Assembly: GCA_039545335.1 (NCBI GenBank) | Contig: BCIN01000002.1 | Span: 2,510,678-2,574,677, forward strand | From: Kondoa subrosea | Lineage: Eukaryota | Length of the DNA: 64,000 nucleotides | Direction of reading: 5' to 3' | Shown: positions 40,804 through 52,462 of the stretch, piece after piece | Layout of the letters: each line of letters starts with the position of its first letter | How positions within the stretch are numbered: the stretch's first letter is position 1 | Made by a program: the position numbers and the translations under genes | Notes under the pieces: model-generated | What the model was told of the DNA's origin: nothing | The model's input: the letters and a program-made list of their open reading frames with translations, nothing else | Databases searched by the model: none

Positions 40804-41531
40804 CTACTCAAAGAAATCATCCGCTTCTTCAGGTTCTGATTCTTGTTTCTCTTCCTCTGCTTCCTCTTCAGCGACTGGCATGATCGCTTTCGGCTTGACT
40901 ACTTTCTTCTTCTTCGGCGGGTCAAGCGTTTCCGGTTCAGCTGCTATCGTTCCAGCTTTCATATCATCTAGTATTTTCTGTCTTATCGTTTGTCTCTGCT
41001 TTGTTGAGACGTCTTCTGATTGCAGATGATCAGAAGAGAATTCAACGTATTCGCCTTCCGGAAATAGAGCTATATAACGTGTATCGAGAGGGTAGTTCTG
41101 CTTTCTTGTCAGTAAAAGACACGTGAAAGCAAATAGCAACATACCAGAGTATAATGCAGATCTACTCGTGCATGTAAGAGTTGTTCTTGCAGGGCGGCAC
41201 TCGAGTCCTCTTGTTCCAAATCTTTCTTGAGCTGCTTGATCTTTCGTTTGACTTTCTTCGTTTCTGCATTTATGATGAATAATAGCGCAACCTTTCATGT
41301 ATATACCGACTGACCAACAAATCTGACACCCTTGTACCTAGCCTCGTTCTTAGTCTCTGCATTCTTATGCTGGGTACTTTCAAGCAAAGCTTCCAAATCC
41401 TTCACTTTCTGTTCCGTGTACTCTCGCTCTTGCTGAGTGATGCCACCTTTGCTTAGAAACCTTTTCGCACTCCGTAAATTCTGCTTCGTCTTGCTTAAGC
41501 CTTCCAATTGAACTTTCTTTGCTTTCGGCAT
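40804..41531 (-). CDS. EFG1: rRNA-processing protein Efg1
   Basis: NEARYKGVRFV|..RKVKRKI...VDLHYTL|NYPLDTRYIALFP; acidic tail ending DDFFE. Confidence 0.8.
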
Positions 41532-41684
41532 TTTTCCACTATTGGCTGCTTTAGACTATTGAAGGATGGCTTCTAGATGCCTGAAATATTCCAAAGTTGA
41601 GGTATATAGGAGGCGACTCTATCAAGGCCTGGTATAGTTCCCCTTTCGTCGTCACCGAACAACCCAAGCTTGCCCTCAAACGAA

Positions 41685-42928
41685 ATGTCGAATCTCTTCT
41701 TCAACCGGTCTAGGCCTGCAGCTCAGCGCTTCTTCGCTCGCAATCGTTCAACATGGCATACACCTTCTCAACCTCAGCGTTCATCACTCACTCGTCGGAT
41801 CAATCGCTTGTCTTCCAATCAAGTCGTTTACAGTATAATGGGTATCAATGTCCTCGTCTTTGGGGCTTGGCAGTACGCAGAAGCATCAGGAAGAAGGTGA
41901 GTGCAAACATCTGTTCAATCTTCGACAGCGCGTTGACATGGAGACACGACTTCAAGGTTTCGTGATTTCAAGTTATGGCAGTTTCTGCACAAGAACTTTG
42001 CTGTTTCCAATGGTAATCTGTCAGTCACTTCATCTACTTGTTCTTTCTATGCTGAAACGGAAATGATTCCCCTTTCAGTTCAGAAGGAAGGGTATGGACC
42101 CTATTGTCTGCTTGTTTCTCGCACCAGAAACTAGATCGTATGTCGTTATATCTTCCACTCTATATAGACCTGACTTATGCTGTAAGACCTTCTGCTTAAT
42201 ATGGTCTCTTTCTACTTTCTTGCGCCTGCTGTTGTGGGGTCAATAGGTGTTGCTCCTTTCCTCTCGCTGTACATGCTTTCAGTAAGTATCGTTCTTGCTC
42301 TGTTAATATTGCTGATCATCTATATAGGGCGTGGGAGGATCCATACTATACCTCGCTTTCCAGAAATTGGTGCCTCCGGAGATGACCATCAGAGGAAGGT
42401 CGTACGATACTTCTGCTCTGAGCTATGCCAACGGAGCTAGGTCAGCTCACTTTAACTCTGTTATAGACCTAGACTGAACTCGATGATAGTGGAAGTATCT
42501 ACGGGACAATGGCGTGCGTTTCTGAAGTGTAGAGGAGTTGCAAGCTGATCTCCTACATTAGATATTTCGCTTGTCTATACCCTCGTGCTACCTTCCTGCT
42601 ATTCTTCGTCATTCCTGCGCCGGCTTTCGTGAGTCTGCGTGCTTTAGTAATTCACGGGACTCTAATGTTAAATTCAGATACTCGTGCCCGGATTGTTCGC
42701 TTGGGATCTATACAGCGCTTTAAAACGACCCGTATGTACTCAAGTATATAGAATGGATCAAGGCTAATGCCTGATACTAGAATTCTGGAGTAGCCTCGGC
42801 TGGACATGGTTCGTGTCTTTGATATTCTGCTTGGAGGTAGTTGTATACTGACGATTGTGATAGTTGGTGGAGCTGTTGTCGGAGCGGCTTACTATCTTAG
42901 TAGAGGAAGAGTGCGGTTGGGTAGATGA
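41685..42928 (+). CDS. Rhomboid protease (mitochondrial PARL/Pcp1-like), many small exons
   Basis: EGRVWTLLSACFSHQ, LLLNMVSFYF, GA|SGSIYG (catalytic Ser), SAGH|VGGA (catalytic His). Confidence 0.82.
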
Positions 42929-43244
42929 GCTCGTTTAGCAGATCAACACTTGTGAATATGGTAAGTCTGGTAACGATCTTCTTTACACAATACTGACTAT
43001 ATGCTAGTACCAACAACAAATTTACCACCTCGCTCATTGATGGAAATATGTTCCGATTTTGCTTCTCGTCTTGAACCTTCCGACCGAATCTGATCTGATC
43101 TTCTATGCTTATCTTGCTCTTCTCTCATCTTCTGCTTTGCAACAGACTGTTTGTTGCGCATCTTGGTTTGCTTTTCCGTTGCTCTTCTTCTCGTACTACA
43201 TACATACCTCACAGTCTTTTCTCGCATTTCGAGTTCCTTCCAAG

Positions 43245-43797
43245 ATGACCATGACCAAAGGAGCGCGCAATCCTCTAAGCTCTATAGCGTCTAATCAAGC
43301 GCCAAAGAAGACTCGTACTGGCAAAATCTTTGGGGCAGACAAATTACTTAAGAACAGTTCAGTGAAGACAGCCGCTAAGGTACTTTTTCCCTTTTTTCCA
43401 ACATATGTTTCCTGATACCAAAAGGGTCCACAGAAAACATCGAAACAGGACAAGAAATTATCTCCTTTCGTCCTGAAAAAGGATACAGACAGTTAAGAAA
43501 ATTCTGCAGGAGAATCAAACCCTCAACAAGCTTCTCCTCCGGCTTGTACTGATGAAGAGGTCGGTACAAAGGTATATTGCAGCCCATTGCACTCTGTTAC
43601 ACTTACTGAAGCAGGATCAACAGCCAACATCCTCTCTTCCTTATATAGCCGCAGAATTCGCCCTGATTAATGAAGAATGTCCTAAGAAATGGGGAGATGT
43701 CATCGACAAATTGAACAAGGAGGTTGAATATCGGAATCAGCAGATTGAAGATTTGCAGCTAGCCGCTCGGAACTGTGCATGCAAGAAAGAGGAGTAA
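43245..43797 (+). CDS. Hypothetical small protein
   Basis: ATG after a pyrimidine-rich leader, plausible introns and a coiled-coil-like last exon; no family recognised. Confidence 0.35.
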
Positions 43798-43982
43798 TAC
43801 GTGTAGCTGATCGTGGTATGTCTGCTGAGGATCCCTTACTTTGACAATACAATTGATGAACTGATTTGGGTCTTCTGATATAGGCTAATGGAGTAGCGAA
43901 TCATTGAAGAAGGCAGGTAGCGAAAGATACAGTAAAACCGCGACTTGTACATTCTCCAGGCATTGTAACATAGCACAATAGT

Positions 43983-45110
43983 TCATTTACTACCCCTCAA
44001 TCTACCTTTCAAAGTACTCAACCCAATACCCAAAGCCTCTTCAGTCCTGATCGTCCTACTCCCTTGATCTTGACACACATTAACCCAATAATCAAACAAA
44101 TCACCCGCTTGATCCGCTTCCAATCCTAAAGCATCCTTCTCCTTTTCAATAGTCAATTCCAATCCTGCCAAACCCCCCAAAACGATCAAACCTTTAGTGA
44201 AAGTGTTGAAAGTAGTCGGTAATGCTTCAACGGGGGTTCCACGTTCTGAGAGACCAATAAGGAGATCATAAGGTTTTGCAGGAGATGGCGGAACAAGAGC
44301 TGCTGCTAGTGAAGGAGCTAGTCGAACTGTATAACCCCAATAGAGACCTTCTTTTAATGGTGAAGAAGGAGTGACGATTTTAGGTTCATCGGGATTAGAG
44401 AGATCTATAGTGACTCTTGTATTAGGAGGTGGTATTGATTTAGTTGAGATCGTCAGAGGCGTATCCAGCCCAATATCGACTTGACATTCGGAGCCAGAAG
44501 TAGAAGGTAAAGTTACTCCTTCTCTGAAGCGAGATGTATCGGATTTTCGAACATGATGAGGCATATCTAGTGGTGGTAAGATACCTGCTAGTCGAAGTGA
44601 AGGATGCATAGGTATCAGAGCTCTTCGTAGGTATCTGTTTTGTCTCGTATGAGCTTTTCACTTCCATCTTATGTGACTCACAAAGACTTACTGAGGCGTT
44701 TCAAGATATTCCAAGATCCTAGCTAGATGTACATCGGGATCAATCTCTTCCGCAGCTGATTTCCTGAATTTGCCTTTGGTGTTTCTGTGATGCGCTTGAA
44801 CGGATGAAGGGAAAGCTTCTTCATGAAAGATAACAATCTCAGAAATACAGAAGATAGCGCATAATCTAGCAATCTCCAATCATCATCATAAGCTTATGAT
44901 AAAAGGTGAACCGAAGAAGGAACTCACTTGACCTGCTAAGACTGCTTTAAGCTCTTCTGATTGTGCATTCAGTAAGATAGATCCAGGTAGAGCTACAGCT
45001 ATTGAAGGTAGTGCAGAACTGGTAGAAGGCTTGAATTTAGCTGAAGGTTTCTCTGGATGATGTTCTTCAGCGAAAGTGGATCGCTTTCGTTTCTTATCAA
45101 CTGGAGCCAT
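43983..45110 (-). CDS. SPOUT1/C9orf114-type (DUF171) methyltransferase
   Basis: VALPGSILLNAQS, IARLCAIFCISEIVIF, LEYLETPQ|YLRRAL, FREGV, GLYWGYTVR, QGSRTIRTEEA. Confidence 0.9.
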
Positions 45111-46048
45111 TCCCCGGTTCTGTCACACCATCAAATAGATCAGACCAGATTCTTGTTAGGCGGAGCAGTACAAAGGAGACAGCAAAGCAGGCTCAGAATC
45201 AAAAGTATTTGGCAAAAGATTTATCGTCAGCGTGCAGACGCGAGCCGTAGTTGCTGCTCTGGACTCTTAGAACAAGAATGACATTATACAAAGGGTATCA
45301 TCATAGCCTGGAAATCTTTGTAGCTTGCAGGGTCTTGGCTCACCCTTTCTGATATCGGTCGCTGTTTGAAGTCAATAAGGTGACGAGACAAATTCAGACT
45401 CGCCATCATATGATATAGCATACTGTCTGCACGCGAGACTACAGTCGTACAAGCTAGACTCTAGCTGCAAAGATCCTTTCCTTCGCCCCAATGATACAAC
45501 CTTTGATCTCATTTCAGCGCAGCAAGATAGATCCGCTTGAAGCACAGAGAGAGATAACCTTGAGGACAGCGTATAATAGTTTAGGTGCAGATATTAAGTA
45601 ATGACAAGCGTGCGAGCAGACGAAGAATTAGCTGAGAAGAAGGTAAGGACGCTACGAGCGAAGACAGATTGACACGAAGAAGATTGAGCCTAGCCGAAGA
45701 AGAGATCCATGTTCACTCTAGTACAGAAGCCGACTGCTGTGCGGCGATTTGGGCAGAAAGTAAGCAATACTGTAGAAAGCCAAAAGCAGAGGTGTTCCAG
45801 CCTGAGAGACAGGCTCTGCTCTTTTGCCTAGCTGAACAGGGTATTCGCGAGTACACCACGTGTGAGAGCATTCGTTTGAACGACTTTTGGGAGCAGGCCA
45901 AGACACAGAGAAAAGTGAACATGAGCCGTAGACCAATGGCAGACTTTGCTTGCTCTGGTCGAATTGTACTGCATTACACCTCTTCCTAACCTCGCATAAA
46001 GACCATCGCGCACTGCATATCCGGTCTCTGCTTTCCAAAACTCTTGCG

Positions 46049-46601
46049 CTATACTGTCGGTTGTATTGGCTGAACGTTGGCTTCTGGGGAAGATATTTGC
46101 TCTGCTGATAAGTTGTTGGCCGATGCCGCTGCTTCTGCTGGATCAAAAGTCGTGGCAGTAGTAGAAGACTTTGCTGTTTTCGCAGGGAATAGACCAGCCT
46201 GTCACATCGCCAGCAGCGTCTAGCTTTTGATCAAGCTGTTAAGAACTGCTGTCGCTGACCATTTTCATCAACCATCTGACCCTATCACTAGGTTGAGCTC
46301 CTTGAGCTATCCAATATTGTATCCTTTCAGAATTGCAAACGAGAGATTTCTGATAAACTGGTTCTTGCATTGGTTGCAGCAAATTCTTGCTTGTAGGTCT
46401 AACGAGTTGTGGAACAGGATTGTATGTACCTAGGACTTCTATTGGTTGAGCTGCGACTCGTTTGGATTGCCTAACTGCTACTAAATCGTAAATTGGCGAA
46501 CGCTTGACTCCTCGAGGTGCTAATCTGAGCTGTGCAGAGTATGAGGAGGTCAGCACATCGTCTTTGTGCAGACCGCAAGCAGGACGAACTCTGACTGGCA
46601 T
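46049..46601 (-). CDS. MRPS16: Mitochondrial ribosomal protein bS16m
   Basis: MPVR|LRLAPRG..SPIYDLVA...PIEVLGTYNPVP...RIQYWIAQGAQPSDRV. Confidence 0.92.
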
Positions 46602-46778
46602 GATGGTTTCTAACCAACTTCAAGTTGAAGATTTACATGGTGAATTTCCATGAGCAATGCTATCATGTTCTCATCAGTACTGAAGGGCCTCTGTGGAACC
46701 GATCTGTCGCTGGGATGAAGGTACAACAGACTCGTGGGAAACACAGGTACTGCGAGCATGCTAATTGCTCCCGCTTGT

Positions 46779-47696
46779 TTACGAATGCACGTCAACTCTA
46801 ACCTTTGTAGGCGCTGGATAATTTGACACCATCCATCCCATCAGACTCTTGATCGCCTCATTTTCTTCAATGATTTGATACCCGTTGATTCTCGTGAACT
46901 CGATAACCTTGCTGTGCAAATTGTCTCCCTTCATATTCTGCGCGCGCACATGAAGTCAGACTTGACTCCAGGACAGGGCCTCATGAACTCACAACCAGAA
47001 TGAGGTGCAATTTTGCAAGATTTTCTGAAATCTGCTTGCTCTTCTGGTTGACAGCATTCGTCAGCTCGACCTCATAGTCCACCTTCTTCGAGTGATCGCT
47101 CTGGGCATGGCAATATTCCAAGCGAATAGCGATGAGTTCGCCTAGAAACAGTGCCTGCATACGGACCAGATGGGTCATTCTTTGACGTTCTTTTTATTGC
47201 TTGTACACTTCATCAGACATTGCGGGGGCTTTGAAGCGAAGAGATGGTTCTCGTTTTAATATCATGTCCTTTTCAATAGCAGCCAGGTCGACGAGTTTGT
47301 GAAGCAAGATTCGATGATGACTGTATTTGTAGACTTCTTTCACTGATTCTAAGCCGTAATTTGCATTGTTGTGAAATCTCTCTGGCATATGACGCCGGAG
47401 CATCTGATGAACGACTTGATATTGATCTTCCGTGAGGAGATTAGAAGGCTGTTTCTCCTCATTCAGGTACAGCTCGTCGATCTTCCCAGGGGTTAAATCC
47501 AGACAGGATACTGAATGGGCGCATTAGCATAATTGTTCAGCCAAGAATGAGGGGGCGTACACCAAGATCCTAATTGGTTACGACCCGCCCAATTTCTGAC
47601 GTTCTCGTCCTTGAGCAAACTTGTCAGAGCTTGGCAGTAGCGATCGACCATAGAGACCTTAGGAGCATTAGCACGAGTTACACGTTGGGTAGTCAT
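46779..47696 (-). pseudogene. Disrupted unknown gene
   Basis: Three consecutive protein-like segments joined by a frameshift near 47500 and an in-frame TAA at 47194-47196. Confidence 0.4.
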
Positions 47697-48034
47697 GATG
47701 CAACAATATATGGCGATGGTAAGAGGAAGACGACCAGAGCCATTCTAGAGATCCATAGCGAGTACAAAGGGAAGCTATCCCGGTGATTTCGTATCAAAGA
47801 CAAGCGCAGAAATAGGATGAGATAACAAGCTATTGCACAATCCATGATTAAAAGTTCTGTATGCCAACATCGCACGTCGAAAGTTGCAGCGCATCCAAAG
47901 GAAACGACTCGGATGCCTCGAGCGGAACACAGGCAAGTCAAGGAGGCTAGCAGGGTCCATCTTATCAGGGCGATGGCGGTTGAGCATAAGCAATGAGCAT
48001 GACCAAATCAAAAATCTCTCATCTGTTATCCACC

Positions 48035-49399
48035 ATGCCACTCTCTAAGAATGCCGTCAAAGCAGTCAAGCAATCAGGTAAGTCCACCCCTCTACACGAC
48101 GGTCCTAGTCCTGACACTTTGAGTTCAGCTCGATCGCTTGCAACTGTTCAATCGGCCAAAGCGTAAGTTACAATGTCCTTCTCGCCTGGTGACCAAGCTC
48201 ATAGGCTGCATTTAGACCTACTGCTATCGTCTTCATGAACATGGGTGGACCAGAGAAAGTGAGGATTAGCTCCACTTCAGCAAAATAGCCACGAGCTCAT
48301 CACGTCAAGGAAACCAGGTAGAACATACGAACGATTTCCTGACCAGACTCTTCAGCGATAAAGATCTTATTCCTTTACCTTTCCAATCTTACCTTGCCCC
48401 TTTGATCGCTCGACGTAGAACACCTCAAATTGAAGAACAGTATACTAAAATTGGAGGAGGTTCACCTATTCTGAAATGGACAAGAGCTCAAGGGAATGGA
48501 ATGATTAAGATTCTTGATGAACTTTCACCTGAAACAGCACCGCATAAAGCTTATGTCGCTTTCCGTTATGCAAGACCTTTGAGTGAAGAATGTTTAGCTG
48601 AGATGAAAAGGGATGGAGTGACGAGAGCGGTAGCGTTTACGCAATATCCTCAATACAGTTGTTCTACTACTGGATCGAGTTTGAACGAAATGTATCGGAC
48701 ACTAAAGACTGAAGGAGGTGATGGGATAGAATGGTCTGTCATTGATCGATGGCCTACACATCCTGGTCTAGTAGAGGTAAGTCTGCTCTTCTGTTCCTTT
48801 GGTCGCGCTGAAATATTTGTCAGGCCTTTGCGCAAAATATCGAACGCTCGCTCGCTTCCTACCCAGCCGAGACAAGAGATCAAGTCATCATTTGCTTCTC
48901 CGCCCATTCTCTTCCTATGTCAGTCGTGAACCGTGGCGATCCTTATCCATCAGAAGTAGGAGCTACAGTTCATGCCATCATGAACCGCTTAGGCAATCGA
49001 AACCCATATCGATTGGTTTGGCAATCTCAAGTCGGACCTTCAGCTTGGCTAGGACCTCAAACTTCCGACACAATCAAAGGTTACGCTAAACAAGGAGTCA
49101 ATGACTTGTTACTCGTTCCAGTAGCTTTCACAAGCGATCATATCGAAACATTGTTTGAACTGGATTTGGAGTATGTACATGAAGCGAAAGAATTGGGTAT
49201 GAAAGGTGTCAAGAGATGTGATAGTTTGAACGATTCGCCTACTTTCATCAGAGCTTTGGCCGATATTGCGAGCGATCATATTAAGAAAGGCACCTACACA
49301 AGTGCTCAAATGGGATTGAGATGTCCTGGTTGTACGAACGAGACTTGTAGAGAAGCAAAGGACTACTTTAGGAGTGGTGGAATCGCTCCTCAGATATAA
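48035..49399 (+). CDS. HEM15: Ferrochelatase
   Basis: [76 protein letters not shown]. Confidence 0.97.
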
Positions 49400-50324
49400 A
49401 AGGTAGTGTCCAATTACTTGCCTGTAAGATTCCGGCTAAGAGGGATGTATGACAGTATTATAATTGTGCATGACAATTTCGTTTGTAAGTGCTCTTCATT
49501 CCGTACGATCTTTATCACCGCGGGATGCCCTATCACTCTGGGCTAAACTCATCACATTGCTATCTTTGTGTCCGGCGCGCTTGGACGTACGCTGTTCCTC
49601 ATTCCGTTCTCATCCCTCTCGTGTGCTTATTACATAACTAACTGCTTGAAACGGCGGGCTTCCGACGTCAGGTAGTACCCCTTTGATGTTCATCCCATTT
49701 CTTGCGGTGCCTTTTGGCGTCACTCAGTTGAAAGGCCAGTGTTGTTCTGATCCATCTTGTCGCGCACAGCCCACACTGATCTTCTTCTTCTTCTGTAATA
49801 CTTCCAAGACTGCGTCTTTGTTTTCTTTTCTACTTTCACGCGTCTCGTAATACTTGTCCAAGCTCATTGTGGTAGTATATCCGCTCTTTGTCCAGCAATG
49901 ATCAGGGGGTATTTCCTCTATTGGAGACACCATGCTCAGCGCACTCTCGCGCTATCGCGGGACATACGATGAGGGCTCATTGGTGTATGCAATGCAAGCG
50001 TGAAAGTGTAAATGTGTTCAACCCTTCTCGGAGCCTCTACTCTGTGTATCCCTTCTCTTCTGTCCAAGCATTCCTCCAGCTTCGCTACTTCCTCTTAAGC
50101 TATCATGCGCCGAATCTTGAGCCTGATACGGGCTTAATGCTCTGAGGCGCGCGAGAAGCAATCAACGCGACGAACAACTCATAACAGCGCAGCGCTTACA
50201 CAAGTTTGACTTAGTATCCATATGTTGCTTGGACTGTGATCGCGCTTCAGAAATCATTTCACGAAATTGTTGTGTCAGATTACGTAATTTGCCTTCCATA
50301 AGAATTACGTGGATGACGTGACGT

Positions 50325-51125
50325 AGAGTAGCCATTGGACTCTTCCATATCGCTGTATGCAGGTGTCGAGACAGAGAATAGACGCACACACTATGTCGCG
50401 AGTCCACGAATAATTCGACAATCTTGTTCCGACACATACATTGATGTCGCTTTGACTGATTCCCCCCAAGACTCCAGATACCGCGCGCTACACCCAGTTA
50501 CTTCGATATACTCAGTTATGGCCTTTCATTTCCTGTCCAACCAAGTGAAATATGCTCAGAAGATCTATAGACTAGTCTACAGCTTTATAAGACGAGACTG
50601 AAAAGCCTCAATCTACGAACGACGCGATAGACAAGCTTTGTGAAAGATTGGCCAATGGCGCAACCTTGGAAGACCGGAAAGCTGCTTTGCTGGGCATCAA
50701 GGGATTGTCGCGAGATTACAAGCTGGACGCTGGTAATGCGGTCTTACCTATTCTGATCACCATGCTAGAGAGGGATGCTTCTGAAGATCCAGAATTAGCC
50801 AGAGTGGTCTTGGAAACGCTCAATGTGCTTTGCGAAACGGAAGAAGCGGCTCAAAGTCAGAAAGAGTCACGCGCTTCTTTGGCTAGACAAGAAGCTTCGC
50901 CTAGTTTGCGCAATACAGATCGCTTTCTTGCTTCCGAAAGACCTTCGCATGCTCTTCTTTCCCTTCTTGCAGCACAGCATTTCTATGTTCGATACTTCTC
51001 CTTACAATTACTCGGTACTCTGCTCAGCTCACGACCAGAGCCAGTTCAGAAGCATGTGCTGTCTGCTCCTCGTGGTGTTGGCAACCTGATAGCTGTGCCA
51101 GACGACGAGAGGAGAATGATTTGCA
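50325..51125 (+). pseudogene. USO1: Truncated duplicate of the CTR9 start, shared promoter and USO1 exon 1 (source about 18267-19049)
   Basis: Direct nucleotide similarity. ATG 50518 is followed by a frameshifting insertion near 50568, and similarity ends near the exon-1 end. Confidence 0.92.
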
Positions 51126-52462
51126 GTAAAAGCATCAACGGCGCATTTGGTTTGCTCTGAACCTGCACTAGATTCCAGGATGAACAATGAACAAGTCTAA
51201 CCTGACTTCCTGCCGGGCTGTTTGAGAAGCTTGATCAAACTTTACAAGCATCATCTTCTTCGGGAGCAAGGACTCTGCCGCCAGCAAAGCTTGTGATATT
51301 GCTTTCTAGGTGCGTTGTCGTATCTTCACCGCAGTCTTGTCTCTTATATTGGCGAAGTGGTACAACAGGAGAACTGTCTTTGGACTTCGTCTTTCGTAAC
51401 GAATTTGAAAAAGTCTAAACTATGGGACGATGGAACAAGATGCTGATATGTACACCCTCGATTGGCTTCGCAAGTCAACTACGGCCGACAGATGGGGTAC
51501 AAGAGAAATCCCTCGCTCCGCACCAATCATAGTGAAACGATGAAACGAGATTCTCGATCGGCTTCCTCGCCGAAACGAATCAGCGCTTTACAAGTGCTTT
51601 GGCAAGAGATTGGATATGTGCAAAATGTTCCCCGGCATCCAAAACCGCGCCCGAATCGTATAATGGTTAGTAAGTAACTTTCCCTACGTCCCTCTACCCT
51701 TCCTAACGTCTGAACTAGGTACATAAGTCTCATATTTCACGTGTGATCTTGTAATCGCAGTTCGATTCTGCGTTCGGGCACAATCTTTTTGCTTCACCGT
51801 CCAAAACCGCACAAATCCCTCAGTGGGCGTTGTCCGATCAGCCCTAGCGCCCACTGTCGGTTTCTTTTGCAAAGCGTAACAGTGTGGGAACGTACGAGAA
51901 CGTACTCAATCTCCTGTGATACTCCCAGTTCATCGTATCCATTTTCCAATTTCAAGTCGTCCTCTACGCTGCGCTACCCTGCTCTAAGCTATCGTTCCAG
52001 ATCTTGAGTGTGATGCTGCCCAGGTCTTTCTAACCACTCTCTCTATAATTGTGTATCATGACCCGAATGCCCAAATCTGTCTCGACTTTGAAGGTTGCAC
52101 TCGAAGAGCACATCTTTGTCATTTTCTGCTGAAGTGCTTGTTTGTGCTCTTCATTAAGCTTAGTCTGGCGGTGTAGAATGTCCAAATGATCGATCTACAT
52201 ATGCATCATCTCTATGGACGGAAAGTCAAAGAAACGCAAGGTGAGCGGTTTGGTTGAAGTTAATCTTTGCTCAAGTGATCCTTGTATAGGTTGCCGTCCA
52301 CTGTCTCCAGATCTGCCTAGCAAACACGAAACAGTCAAAATTTCGAGAATCATAGGAATAGAATTTTACGGTATATTTCACAGTGATCTTCGCTTGACTG
52401 TGGATCTTGCTACTACACCACTCTTTCTATTTCACAACCATCTACACTTATATAACAACCCT

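Noticed and set aside
45300..45990. Possible plus-strand gene remnant
   Set aside because: Multiple stops and no recognisable motif.
49560..50300. Short ORFs after ferrochelatase
   Set aside because: No family signal or consistent exon model.
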